Below the pieces are notes generated by a model. That model was given only the letters and a program-made list of their open reading frames with translations. It did not search any database and was not told the DNA's origin. This document shows positions 39,101 to 52,508 of a DNA stretch of 64,000 nt, piece after piece (positions within the stretch are counted from its first letter, which is position 1; each line of letters starts with the position of its first letter). Origin of the DNA: Balanoglossus misakiensis (taxonomy: Eukaryota > Animalia > Hemichordata); NCBI GenBank assembly GCA_040954595.2, contig CM082582.2, positions 6,822,063 through 6,886,062 of the forward strand. The letters are read 5' to 3'. The position numbers and the translations under genes were made by a program.

Positions 39101-41063
39101 AAAAAGGTGCCAATGGCATCTGTAAACTAGATATTTGTTGGACTCGTTTGCTGTTTCTACCGTTATCGGGTCCAGCCAACGGCAGCTGTTGCCAGATATG
39201 AAAACTGTCTGTGTCAAAGATTCACCTGAATTGACTCTACTGTATACACAGACAATAATGTAATCGTTATCTTCCTATAATGGTCGAAATCACATTTTTG
39301 TGCGACATACTGTCCGGGCAAAATGCTTTACTAATAGTCCATTATGGACATGATAATGCGCTCATTGATATCATTATAGAGCATACATTTATCATAATTG
39401 TATAATTTTGGTAATATTATCGGTTTCCTTGACCCTAAAGATTTTAAAATAAAGAGAAAACGACGAATTCAAAACCTTTGCAAATCAGTGCATCTCTGCA
39501 CTCCACGATTTGGCACGCACACACGGTAAATAGGCCAGGGCCATACACGTTCTGCGATAGGGTCTTCAAAAGTCTTTTGAACGAATATGCGAGTCCGAAA
39601 AGGATGGAAGCTGACAAAACGAGTCTGTTCCAAGAAAAGACTCGGACAATTAGCGAAGAGGTGAACGCCTCGACTGTATATTCGTTCCCATAACTATCCT
39701 CACACAGCCATTCGTCATCGGATTGCCTATACTATGAATTTATGGCGCGTTGCATGCACCATGTGCGTGTACCTTGCCCAGTATTTGTCATTATCTAGTA
39801 TTTGCCTCCTACCAGAAAACCGATAAACACTTTATTATACTAACGTATGACACATAATGTCGGGCGTTTTACCCCTGGGGATAATACCGATAAAATTCGC
39901 TCGGCTGGCTGTGGCGGTTATGTGACGTAAGTGAATAAGTTTAATGGTGTTAATAATTTTCTTGACTCGATTATTACAGGATAAATGCTTGCCGGTTCTT
40001 TGCGGGCTCAGTTTGATATCCGTCGTTGCGTCATGCTACATGGACCTCGGTGATAATAAGTGAGTTTTTTAGTATGAAAAGGGAAATAAAAGATTGGGAG
40101 TTATGACAGAAAAGCCGGCGACGCACAAGAAATCAGGGTATGAGGGAGAAAGACTCAAACGGTCGATAACAGATTTCTCACAAAATGTCAAAATATCAGG
40201 AATTTCACTCCCGTTTTTATACCGTCAAATATATATACGCAGACATCCCATGCAGTATCATCCGCGTAATTCAGTGCATGCGTCAAAACGTTACCTGCGA
40301 TTCGTCAAATCTGAGTTCAACGTCCGATGGCAAATGAAATTAAATATCGCGCAGTCTGCATAACCATCGCGAAGTGTGCATAGCGTTGAAATCCCCCGGC
40401 TGTTCTAAAATATTACGCGGGGCAACCAGACACTTTCACTGAATGAATCTTGTCGTAAAACCACAAACGGCCGCGAACCGAGTATTACATGAAATTGTTA
40501 CCTCTGTGTCACCTCTCGGCGGTTTCTGCCATATCTGCGAGCACTTTGCTATCCAAACTATCTGGGAATTCTGAAAGCATTTCAGATAAGACGCAGATGT
40601 ATGCGGCCTGCCGCCGGCCCATACTTGTTTGAAGGAAGCGGGATATATATGCAAGCAGTCACTCACATAGAATCGCCTATTTTCTCAGTTCGTGCCGACA
40701 CGTTTTCCGGAAAAAAAATCACCGTTGCTGAAGTTTTCTCGAGATGCGCATTTCCATAATTTGATTGCGATTCTCTGAATGTCGAGAGATGCTTCTAAGA
40801 CACTCCATGTATACAGGGAGCCAGGGATATTATGCGCTCTGCACCATTCTTCTCGCCTTTGAGCCATTTCATCCGCGGCGTTTAAAGATGTCATTCGAAA
40901 ACTCGTGCATATGTCTCGTCAAAGGTGTCTCTAAATTTGTTATGGCATGCTACGTACATGGATGATAGCGTATAATCAATGTTTTTTCCGTTGACATATC
41001 GATATAATTTGCGCGGGTCAGCAAATATCCATCAAATTACCAGACCCCTCCAGTCTAATATCG

Positions 41064-41321
41064 CAGAAAACGCTTGGCAGTCATCATTATTCTTGAACGA
41101 AATATCGGTGTGCTTATGCAGAGATTACTGAGTACTCCCAGACAAACAAATGCGACTGCGTTATCTGAGCCCAGCACTTCTTAATTAAATTGTGTCACGG
41201 CATGCGACGTATGATAGCATATAATTCCCAGAAAACGCTTGGCTGTCATATCTTGAACGAAATGTGTACACAAATACTATTCCCAGACAAACAAATACGG
41301 CTGCGTTATCTGAGCTCAACA
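41064..41321. repeat. Diverged direct duplication (period ~165 bp)
   Basis: cagaaaacgcttgg..gtcat..tcttgaacgaaat...tcccagacaaacaaat.cg.ctgcgttatctgagc occurs at 41064-41170 and 41229-41315. Confidence 0.85.
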
Positions 41322-44300
41322 CAACACACACAACACAAGAGTTAGCAGCAAAACGAATTACCAATCTGCAGAAATTTCTGTAGTAAAATTAAGTAGCTTT
41401 TATCGGGGACTTGTAATAGATAAGCTTGACTCGATTAAGCGGAACATCCGGGCAATATTTTGGGCCGAAGAGATATACTTCGGGATGTCGCTGTCGCTGC
41501 GAGACACATCCCAGCAAGAGGTCTCGTCGTGCGCTCGCAAATTTATTGCACAAGGTCAACTGAAGTCAAATTTAACACAGGGGTCCGTGATTTATCGTGC
41601 AATCAAACGATTACATCTTATCCGCGCTAAGCCGTTGAGATATCCCACACTGTATATGGGTGATGAATTTCGTGCCATTATAGAATTCCAAATGCGCGTA
41701 TTTACATGTAGAAACCGTCCTGTGTATTGTTGACATGCGATCCATCAGCGTTATAGCTGGCAACACTTTGCGAATAGCTAGGCTAAGTCTTGATAACTGC
41801 TTTTCTTGGCCATTGGAGTAAAATCATCAAATTAATTACACGATGAAATTAGCATACAAAGAAACAAACTGATTTATCGACAATTCACAATTAAAAGATA
41901 AACGTGCATTCTTGACCACATTATTGCTGCTGACGTTTATTTTTATTTTACGTGGAGTATTGTCGATTACCACAGATTAATTGCACATCAGCTGCATTAT
42001 GTGGTTCATATTTGCGCGAACATAACTTCCAATTTACGCCCTAACATTTATTTCCTATTAAACAGGTCAAAATTCCAAATGGCACGCAACATATTCCGTT
42101 ACTTCGCCGGCTAAGATTGAAACACAGTAAAGCCATTTTTCACATGCCTTTTTTGTTAATGGTAATATACGTAACGTTTTTATGTATAATCACGCGTTGG
42201 CATTTGGGTGTTGTAGCTCCATATACTACTTTGCATTAATCTGTAAGTACGAACACGTGAGGTTTCAGATAGGTAGCTATTTATCATATTGTGAGATAAC
42301 TTTCATAACTGGCTTAAGTCACTAATCACTGTAAAAGTTAATATCGCACGATCTTAATTGGCGTAATTGTGTTCTGCTTTGTTCACACTGGGTAAAACGG
42401 GTAACGTTTCAGAGACGTTTAGTATGTTGTTGGTAATCGGGTGAGAACCAGGGGTTTGAAGTTGTCGGTTTAAGACCGAAACATGGAAAATCTCGGCATG
42501 TGAAACAGAAACTGGCGAATCTTCGGTTTCTGTGATAATTTCACTTTTCATCCGTTTTATGGTGTCCAAAATATGCAGTGCGCATGTGCTCACTGACAGG
42601 AGCGATACGCATGCTGATTGCCGAGTTGTCCGCCATGATTGCGCGAACATTGGCTGAACAGAACTAGAAATGACGTGACTCGGTTTGACGTTTTTCTCTG
42701 ACAGCGTTTCCGTGTTCGCTTAGTTACGGCTCATTACCCAGTCTGACCCGGAGTTCGCCGGTGAATGCGTGTCATGTCCTGCCCTGCGCAGTCGGGGGCG
42801 CGCAGTTCACGATTGACGATACCAAACAGGTTCCTCTCAAACTAAAGAACTGTTGTGATCGCCGATGTCTCACCTGAGTGCGTCTAAACTACGGTTTTCT
42901 AAAGGTCTTTTGGGAGGTCAGTCAAAGGCATGCTGCTCAATCCCAAGCATAGCAGAAAGAGAACGAACTACTTCCGCCCAGGGGTGGGTAGGGTCAGTGA
43001 CGTCATGGGCAGATTCACAACAGAACTATCAGTCAATTACCAGAACTGACGCCCTCGTAATTTGCGAGGGGCTAAGCACTGAGCCCGGCGCGGAAAACAG
43101 GGTAGCCGCGTTTGGATCAATTTTTAATGACGTCACGATTTCCCAATCCCACCCGTTCCATTAACGATAAGATAAGGTGTGTAAAAAGAAATCCTCACGA
43201 CCTCTCTACAGAATTCGAACGGAAAGAACAAAATCACATGTCGTAAATCTGGTGACGATAGGGACGCGACGTAGGGTTGACGGCGGGTCGGTCGAGATAA
43301 AACGATATGATCGTAAAAACACAGGTGACCGCATCTAGACTTTGAGGACATCATATATACTGTACAAAGATGACAGTTTCATTAATCGACAGAAAATAAT
43401 TGATAAGAAACCTTGATAAATATCGCGTCCATGAAGGAGCATTTCGAGTGTGGCGTATATTTTCTACATGCTGATTAACAGACTGTGGATAAGTTTACAA
43501 CTTGTGGACAAATCCTTGCGATGAAGTGTCTAGACAACAAACTCATGAAGGCCTCGTCATGTCATTCCGATCTGATGTACCACAGCCTGTGAACTCATCA
43601 ATGTTTGAGCAATAAACCCAAATCACAGCAGGGTACACCTTGAGTATTGACCGCGAAATATGATGGACGGGCAGGAATAGGGTAATTATAGATAAATTTG
43701 GAAAATCAACACATTTTATCTTCATGGACGGGCACACTCAATGCGGTGACGACGTCGCTGTTCATATTGTACCGTGATTCATCGTTGCGACAAATCCTAC
43801 AGGTTCACAGTACACGAACCTCTCCCGCCATGACTCGATATTTCATTGCTACAGACTCCCTCAAGCAACGACTGGTCTATTAATGGGTATATAGTCCAGA
43901 CGCACACACACACAGTTGAGTTGAAGGATTTTAAAAGGGAACCCGCTGCTTAGCTTGCTTGAGGGAAGCTTTTCGTACTATCCAAGCTCTTAAATTAACG
44001 TAAACTGCATGCGTGCGTCATTATTGAGTTCTCAGAATGGTTTATGATCGTTCATTTCCAGGCGAGCTTTGTTGTTGGGGGTCGATATTACATCATTGCG
44101 ACTCCAAATTTAAAACGCGTCAAATTGAGTTGGCCAGGCGCAACTACCAAGCTTGGTAGTTGACCCGTATTAAAGAGGAACTGATCCAAGGCTTTTAATA
44201 ACGTTTAAGTTGCTGGAGCATTATGAAGGTTATAAAGTACAGCGAAAATGCCGGTGTGATTTACTCTATGCAATGCTGTAAACATTAAACGGCTTTCGGT

Positions 44301-45106
44301 GGTCCGGGTCATTGTTTTGCGACAAATGCAATTTATTGCCCTTCATCGAGATCTATACGAATGCTGCACGCATCGTCAATAGTAGTCTCTTTTGGGCATT
44401 TCCGACAAGGGCGAATTTCACCGTGTACGTGGGAAGACATTGTATATCAACTGGTTGGTGAAGAATTTGGTTACTCAATTCAACAGGTCCCCGCCCAATG
44501 AAAACACGCTCGAGTCACTCACTCCATCGAGGCGTACTAGTATGAGGCCATTCTAAAGAATAGGAGAGATTTCTGCTTTAAGATATATTGGCCAGAAATG
44601 TCTGTAACCCTGTAAGACACCGGCAAGCCTATCACACTGGCCATGCGCCAAGATATGCAGGAACCACTCGCAGTTTTTCTGAAGTCGGTCATCCGCGACG
44701 GGTTCAGCTTCGTCGCGTGTTAACACCTAGCGGAAATCCTGGCTTAGGTACATTGTCAATTTCTCACGTTCAGCCGAGAGAATTCCCCAGACTTAGCATC
44801 GGTGATCGACGTGTCGCTGGAAAACCCTTGACGCCTACTCGACAATCAATAAAAGCCGTTCTTTATAGCTGTAATTTGTACTAGGCGTAACACCACCCCC
44901 ATAATTCAATACGCAGACACATTTTCTTTCAGAGTGTTATCGATTGAGTGTGGTTATTAATCGTCGTTACGATAAACTGTCACACTGCCACGAAAATCCC
45001 CGAAAGCCAACGATAGCAAAATTTGGCTAATTAGATGTATAGGTCTATGTATGGCTGCTACGACATCTTTAAAAGGATATCATGACCTGATTCGCGTCGC
45101 TAACAT

Positions 45107-45194
45107 ATGTATGTATGTACGTATGTACGTACATATGTACGTATGTATATGTAATACATGTATGTATGTATGTATGTATGTATGTATGTATGTA
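45107..45194. repeat. (TATG)n microsatellite, partly degenerate
   Basis: Direct reading. Confidence 0.93.
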
Positions 45195-45823
45195 CAAAGT
45201 CATCGTAGCTGCAAATATACGTTCATTATCTGCTTTTCTCGAAATAGTCATCCAATCTCGTTTCTTTTAAATTGCACCTTTCCTGATATTACACTCTGCG
45301 TAGTTACGTTCACATGCCATCCTGTGCTGTCGTGTTGGCGATGATCAGGTGTGTCTTGTTGACTTCGAACGGGGAGTGACTGTCTGCAGCGCGGGTCGCG
45401 TTTTATGCTTTCCACCGACACGGAGTAATTTTCCTCAATCTCGTCGTGATTGAGTCGAGGTGGAAATGAAACCGTTTTCAGCGTTTCCTGTCCACCTCGA
45501 TTTGTCTCCCTTCTCGCTGATTGCGTCATTACTCGGCTGTGTCTTGCCTCTTAGAGAGAGAGTCGGTGTATTCACCTAACTTGGGGCATAGGACCATACG
45601 GTTGTTGTAAGTTTGTCATATACATGTGCATGTAGCTTGAAGTCCCTCCCAACCCAGTTTTACACGTTGCCCAGCGTATAAACCCCGGAACCTTTTCAAT
45701 ACACAGAATACCTTCACATTTTACGACAGTCCCCGCGCGCGATAAAGCCTTCATTTTTACTTCCGACGCCACGCATAGCGAACGCCCACCAACGAGAGCC
45801 GTCGCCACGGTAACTGCACTTAC

Positions 45824-45936
45824 CATTGATATGAGGACGAACTCGTTTGTCGTACGACACAAGAAGATCGTTTAGAATGGAAGTCTTCTTCTCCTCCAAC
45901 TGTAGTATCTCCGCCGGTGAAACTTGAACTACGATG
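45824..45936 (-). CDS. Cys-loop channel exon 2 (N-terminal helix: ...SILNDLLVSYDKRVRPHIN)
   Basis: 'L..LL..YD.R.RP' motif; tttcag acceptor, gtaagt donor; 113 nt, phase 2-1. Confidence 0.94.
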
Positions 45937-47346
45937 CTGAAACGGAGAAAGAAACGCAGGATAAGAACGATGATATATTCACGACAAATTACCCTAAGCA
46001 CCCGTTGAATACGGTTCCCGGATTAACATTGATCCACCGGGATTACATTAAGAATAAAAATTAATTATCTGGATTTAGACTTGGAAGTTTCCAAATAAGC
46101 TCTCCCCCCGCGGCATAAGTTTATAATCGTTTCTGATTCTGACAATATGGGAAAATACTAATCGCGTCCACGCTCATGTTTGTGCAATTTAATCCAGTAA
46201 GAAATGAGAATCGCTAAGCCTAATAGCGGAGTGGGGGGGGGGGGGGGTGTCCGGGAGACAGGTTCCGTCCCTGTCGTGGCATCCGTATAATTTCTCTAGT
46301 TTGGTTGTCACTGAATATACATACATGCGCACTTCGGATACTATGGATACGTGACTGTTAATATTATGGGATGTATCGTGGAAATGAAGTTCCCGAAGTG
46401 AAGGATTCTCAGGTTGATTTATAGATAGGTTTCGTCCGTCAGGTATGGCAATCTATGCGAGACTCTTGGAATTCAAATGGCATATGGAATCAAAACAAAC
46501 GGAAAACAGACAACCATATTTTTTTCACACCATCAGACGATGTATACATCTTTGGTTAATGCATGGCGGTTACCAGTACCTGATAACACATTCCGTTTAC
46601 ACGGCAACTGGCTTTAAATATTACCAGCGCAACTATATACCCATGTAAGATTAATTCGAACGGCAGGTGATCTTCGGTGTTTTCGGTTCGATCACTGTCG
46701 GCATGGCGCCGTGCGTTTGAAGTCGCGTTCGCTGGTCCTTCAGAGGAGCGTCGCAGGTATGTAAACGCGCCCGATAATGTACATTTTCCTTTCGCGCATT
46801 TAATCAAATGACACTCAAGACCAAATGAAATCGCCAAATGCAAACACATTTACACCGCGAAGTTCGCATCCGCACTCGCTAATGAAAGTGGAAACCCTCG
46901 CAGAAGTGGCTCTGAAATGAGCCTCCTTTCGCGATAAATGCAACGAAAGGTAAACTTGTGATTAGCTTGTGGAATCATCAGCAAACCTTAAAAGCCTAGA
47001 GTGTGGTCAAACGCAATGATCGAAGACACGCTCTTCGTTTATAAGATATTTCTTTCGCTGTTTGCTAAGAACCAAGATTACTTCACCTTGATGATGTGTA
47101 TTCGTGCATTTAGACCTAAAATCAAGTTCCACGGGTTCTAAAGCGAAATGAAAACCATATTCTAGGCCGCATCAGTGATTAATGTTAGAACGTCGAGATT
47201 TCCACTGAAAGTGTGCTATCTGTGTACATGATCAGGTTTTTGTCGACACAGCAAACGAAATTAGATGGCAGGAAAATTCAACGCGAAAAAAAATGAATTA
47301 ATGTGTACACGACGTGAAATAAATCTGAAGATGCAACGTTACTTAC

Positions 47347-47414
47347 CATGTCAGAACACAAACCAAGACGGCCAAAAGGAACCATAATTTGGGGGACGAC
47401 CGTAGCGCGTGCAT
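47347..47414 (-). CDS. Cys-loop channel exon 1 (signal peptide MHALRSSPKLWFLLAVLVCVLT)
   Basis: ATG plus basic n-region plus hydrophobic core; TG|gtaagt donor in phase 2 joins exon 2 (TG+C = Cys). Confidence 0.85.
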
Positions 47415-47472
47415 AGTGTAACCGGTGACTAGTGTAACGGCAGTGCCGTCCAGGTATGTTAAAACCGCGACG

Positions 47473-47480
47473 TTTATATA
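47473..47480 (-). promoter_or_regulatory. Putative TATA box (TATATAAA) of the channel gene
   Basis: About 60 nt upstream of the ATG in a CpG-rich context; Inr-like GCACT about 35 nt downstream; GA/CT repeat at 47515-47535. Confidence 0.5.
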
Positions 47481-48951
47481 CGCGACAGCCACATCCTTTA
47501 CATGGGAAGGGGCGAAGAGAGAAAGAGAGAGAGAGCAGCGCCCGCCGTTCGCCGGCAAGTGTCTATGGCAGCAAGGCGTCAGGGAGTGGCGTTTACGCGT
47601 TTGAACTCGAAGTCTTAGCGCCGGAATCGGGGGGCGCTGTTACATGAACATTGCACAGGAAAAAAATGAATATCAAACAGTTTATATCGACCCTCATCCT
47701 GTCACACTAACGTAAACAGGATGAGAAAACAGGCAAGTACATTGTGTGGTATTTAAAATTCATGACAAACATTCTTGCAATGGAAGACTGAGAATAGTAT
47801 GTTGAGTTTGTAGTCAGTTGGTTTTAATTTTAAATAAAGCGCAATCTATATATTTTTCTTGATGCTACATGTTTCCATCACTTCGGTTGGTGTTTCGCGG
47901 CCATACGGAGTGTCTCTCCGCACATTTGTCCGATTGCCTGATCTTAAAAGATAAGAAAACAGCCCGAGTCTGGGAAATTCGTTTGGTTTAATTCCACCTC
48001 GGTTTCCTACATGAGAGAAATCGTTTCATTGCGTACATGTGCTGTGGCGCGCAATTTGACAGCGAGCGACGTGGCCAATACCGCGCTAGTTGACTTGCAT
48101 ACGTGATTTGGATGAGAATCGACGCCAGGTCTAGTACTAGCTGCAAGGGATGTCCACCAAATTGATTTGCTTATCCCCGGATAGGTTCTGACGTTGATGG
48201 ACACGCGTGCATCAGAATCGGAGAGATACGGATACCCGAATATTGGTCTTTACAGGCCTTTGATGCAAAACAAACTAGCGGGAATACACGTCGCATTAAC
48301 GCGGACAAAGCACTAGCAGCTCAGAAATAATGATACGCTTTTTTCCTCTTTAACTAGTTTCCAGAAAAATCACCGCTAAGGCGATATTGGTTGTGACGAT
48401 TAAATCATTTCAATCACGAGAAATGAATTAATAAGCAAACTTGGGAATTCGCGTTCATTCAGAGTGGACGCGTCTCCAATTTCGGTTATAAACAACGTAT
48501 AATCACTGAGCTTTTCAAAAAAATCTCGGCGGTCTGATACATATATATGTGTGAAGACTCAGCGACGAAATATTACGATAGAAAAAATATTAATTTGGAT
48601 TGTTGGACGCCGTCAGAATGCTGAACGCCAGTTTTGATGATTTCGTTTATGTTTTATTTACATATGCCATAGTTCGGCTCCTCTCAATGGATTTATCACT
48701 GGCGCCCCCGCATTCCTCATGGTTCTTCCTGAAACTGACTACTCCAAATAGTTCAGGAATTTCACATGCAAAACGGGTCTCAAGAATTAAGACTTTATGG
48801 AAAAAAACACAAGATGGTTCAAACTCAGAATACTAGAGCTCACTAAGTATTTCGCTTACAATGTTCGTATACTGTTTTGCTTATAATTTCCGTACTACCA
48901 CCATTAAAGATTCCGCGTTCTCAAATAAGAGTCAATATCATGATAGCGATT

Positions 48952-48970
48952 TCTGCCTGCCTGCCTGCCC

Positions 48971-49006
<36 letters not shown>

Positions 49007-49013
49007 GCCCGTC
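48952..49013. repeat. (CTGC)n/(CTGT)n microsatellite
   Basis: Direct reading. Confidence 0.93.
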
Positions 49014-50422
49014 TAGCTGTATGACCGCGTTGACCTAAAATTCAAAAGAGGTCGTTTAATCAGAACACCTAGCGTATGCGTACATGTACACGTAATGTCA
49101 GATAAAAGTTGGGCATGTTTAACACCATCGCACATTCTAACGCTAAAGAGTGTGATTTCGCAGGTAGATAGAGTAAACTGAATGATATTTTGAGGAAGTG
49201 AAAATGAATGGGGAAGACTATTACACCGGGGGCTTTAATGCTCTTCCTTCAATCGCATTTATGCTGTAAGAAGATCTCTATTAGGTTCCCTTAAATCGTA
49301 ATGGAGATCCACTCTCGTTATTCTGTTATACATGTACATGTATTACAAAGGCATTGGGTAATGGAGGGTTGGTTTTGCAAGGAACTGGGCGATTTGCGCC
49401 ATTTCTAAGCACCCCGTCCTCTGTAGAACGAATCAGAATTGTTCCCAAAATGGGCATTTTCTCGACACTGGGCCATTGAGAAGTTGAGAAGTCATTCTGC
49501 CGGTCCAAGACTCGATCACATAAAAAATATTGTCACGCTGGAGCTAGAACGATGGACAATGGGTACATTCTTCAAAGGAGACGCGCTTCAATGTGTACGA
49601 AAGTCGCTTGCGAAATTTCAAGCAAATCATCGAAGCAGTAAGAAGACGATTCTTCAGTCTTGAATCAGGTAGCACAGGACGTTATTGAGGAAACGCAGAA
49701 AACAGATTGGCGGGTTCCCCCTTCTCGCCTGAATGCCTTCGTAGGGTACGGGTGACAGTTAGATTCACTATTGAGTGCGAAAGGTACCGTAATTTCAGCG
49801 ACGGAGTTATTACAACCCCTTGAGTACACTCGTCGGTCAGCACCTCTGCTGGTTTACTGTATTACCCGTCTCTTTGGAGTGAATGCTTACATTCGGTGTC
49901 ATTGTAGAATCAGTCGCATTTCATTCAGCTTAATGAGCCTCGTTATCACTTGTAGTGCGGAAAATGATACCGAAAAAAATATATTTCGTTAGGTCTATTA
50001 CTATACTACCAGTTCGCCCCAAAAGAAGATATTCCCTCGTTATTCATTTAAATTTCGATGATCGATGAAATAACGAGGCACTAGAGTGTGATTACACCAA
50101 TCCCTGGTATAGATCTCAAATAAAAGTTCCGAGCCAGGGTAAAATAAGTGTGTTTCCTGTTGGATGCACTTCAGAAATTGGGAATAGGACTACACTTTTT
50201 TTAATGGTTGATCCTGGATTTATGTTACTCGTATGCGACGTATTATGTTTTCACCTGATGAATTTTAATTTCAAGTATTACTGTTATTGTGAGGGAAGGT
50301 TACTTTTATGTGGGAGACTCTGGATTATCTCTAAATAGGTCTGAATGGTCAAATTGTTCTCCAGCACGCGATTATAAAAGTTATAGCCGGTGAAAAAGTT
50401 ACGTAAACTAAAGTATCCTTAT

Positions 50423-50467
50423 TGCGCATGCGCCTATTTCCGCATGTCCAGCTGATCGTGATCAGCT
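50423..50467. promoter_or_regulatory. SDR39U1 proximal promoter: NRF1-type motif TGCGCATGCGC and inverted E-box pair CAGCTGATC-GT-GATCAGCTG
   Basis: Motifs lie 100-150 nt upstream of the ATG at 50571. Confidence 0.45.
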
Positions 50468-50570
50468 GTGCCGTGTGTCCAGGCGATCGGACGAACATAA
50501 ACTGGCTGTCACCATTTAACGCAGTTGTACCTGAAGTCTGAATGATCTTCTAGCGTGAACTTAACCAGGC

Positions 50571-50586
50571 ATGAGAGTGTTAATAG
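50571..50586 (+). CDS. SDR39U1: SDR39U1 exon 1 (MRVLI-G)
   Basis: Matches the human N-terminus MRVLVG; G|gtaaag donor, phase 1. Confidence 0.88.
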
Positions 50587-52035
50587 GTAAAGTATTCGTA
50601 AATAGATCGTTTCTGTGATGTGTAAACGAACCAACATGAGTGGCATTAACACGTACATTCTTACCGTCAAACCGTCACACCCCCAAGTGCAACGTGCAGT
50701 TTGAGTTTTTCCTCAGCTATTTTTCAACTCAGGGATTCGTCTTTGTCGCCGGGGCCGTGTGTTTGCTGCTATATTCACTTTTTTCTTGACACAAAATCCA
50801 CACGGCGTGGGGCACGTGCCTGTCTGTTGACCCTCTTGATCCCTGAAGCTTGATAGACGCGCGACTGTGCATGTGAGATGTAACCATGGCAACTTGAATA
50901 GCTAAATAGCCGTGGGGCAGGGTGACGTCGACTCACGTCACACAGCCCAACAACTGGGCAGCAATTTACAACAGCCTCCGTTTTAGGTGCAGTATTTTTT
51001 GACAGTCCGAAAATCCGGCAAAAGTAAACTTTATTGCCATTAAAAAACAACAACTCATTTTTCCAGAAAAAAAGTTATTTCTTGCACTCCAAAAGTCTCT
51101 CGGACTGACTCTGTGCCAGATTTCAAAAGCAGTTTCGAAAACGAAAGTGTTCTCCTGACTCAATGAGAAACTCATTAACATAACAATTATTACCATGGTT
51201 ACGTAAATAAGCCAGCATATATCAGAAATGTTAGGAAGCCAAACCAGGAGTACGGTAATCTGTACTGACTTATCTTAGTCAACATGGGAATCCCAGCAAA
51301 TCACAAATTTTACCCAGTGGCTGGGTATCTGAATTTACTTGAAACTGTAGAAATCCTCAAGTGTAGTATCAATATTACATAATGGCAGCCCCAAAGTAAC
51401 TGTGTGCTTTAGGCTTTAATCTTTTCAGTCCCCATTCCAGGAAGGTTCCATTATCTGAGTCTGACCCTACCATCCTACATGTACTTGGTAATTATCAGGT
51501 GAACAAAAAACTAGGGAAAGGTTACAGCTAATGGAGCTTTAAAAGTACAATCTATATAATCAAATCCGACAGCCGAGGTAATATTGGTAATACATGTATC
51601 ATGATTTGAAGCCAGCTCGGGGATGGTGATCTTTGACCGTAACAGAGACATTTGCAGGCTGCTCGAGGGGCAGACTGTCATCTTAGTCAGAGAGCACCAG
51701 CCCAAGAGCATACACCATAGGAACCATGATAGAGTATGAACTGCTTTTGTTATATAGGCAGTGTTATTGCATCAAAATTTAACAGGATTGTATAATATGG
51801 CATGTGTTGTGCATACAGAAACACTAAACTGCTCTGAAATTATTCAAAAGCTAGTATAGTCAGATTTCACTGAAAATCTTAAGTAAATATGCATCAAGAT
51901 TTTCAGTGAAAGACATGCCGAGAGGATGATGTGAATATTTCAACTTACAGCAAGTACAATGTACATTTGATTGGAGCCAACTGACTGAGACCTATACATG
52001 TATGTCTCTCTGTTCATTTTCTCTCCTCTCCACAG

Positions 52036-52142
52036 GTGGTGGTAGTGGCTTTATTGGCTCAGCCATCAGTAGACTGCTGCGAAGTCAAGGACATGATGTA
52101 TTGCTTGTGTCAAGAAGCCCTGGTCAGGGCAAAATTACATGG
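52036..52142 (+). CDS. SDR39U1: SDR39U1 exon 2 (GGGSGFIG Rossmann motif ... GKITW)
   Basis: GGxGxxG NAD(P)-binding motif; cacag acceptor, gtgagt donor; 107 nt. Confidence 0.96.
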
Positions 52143-52508
52143 GTGAGTGATTGCACGTTCTGTCGTGCGCTCGGAGCTTTGATTTCCCCTTCGTGGGGAG
52201 ATCTGAAGTGTTCTTGAAAAGAATATTGATGGTGACCATAATTACAAAGCAATTGCCAGTCACTATGTATATGCCTAAGTCCCGAATTTGAAGAGACGTT
52301 GATGCATTCAAAATCTACCTGTATCGTGTGTCACAGTTTGGAACTTTTTTTTTCTGCCTTTGGCATTGAAATGTAATCACACTGTAAGCTGATCTATGAG
52401 GTTAGTCCAGGTTATTTTCAACTCCACTAAGTCATCATATGCACAAATGAATTAGCCTTTCCAATGATGGCCTCACTCAGCCTTTCTCGCTTTTCTTTCC
52501 TTGACCAG

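Noticed and set aside
41064-41321. Repeat-spacer pattern as a CRISPR-like array
   Set aside because: Only two diverged copies, eukaryotic context, no cas genes.
46233-46247. Poly-G tracts (also near 12966, 30736, 54705, 60122) as G-quadruplex elements
   Set aside because: Simple homopolymers, common in such genomes, with no positional pattern.
47415-47558. Longer N-terminus for channel exon 1 from the ORF track
   Set aside because: Non-ATG start running through the TATA box and GA repeat; the ATG at 47414 gives a normal signal peptide.
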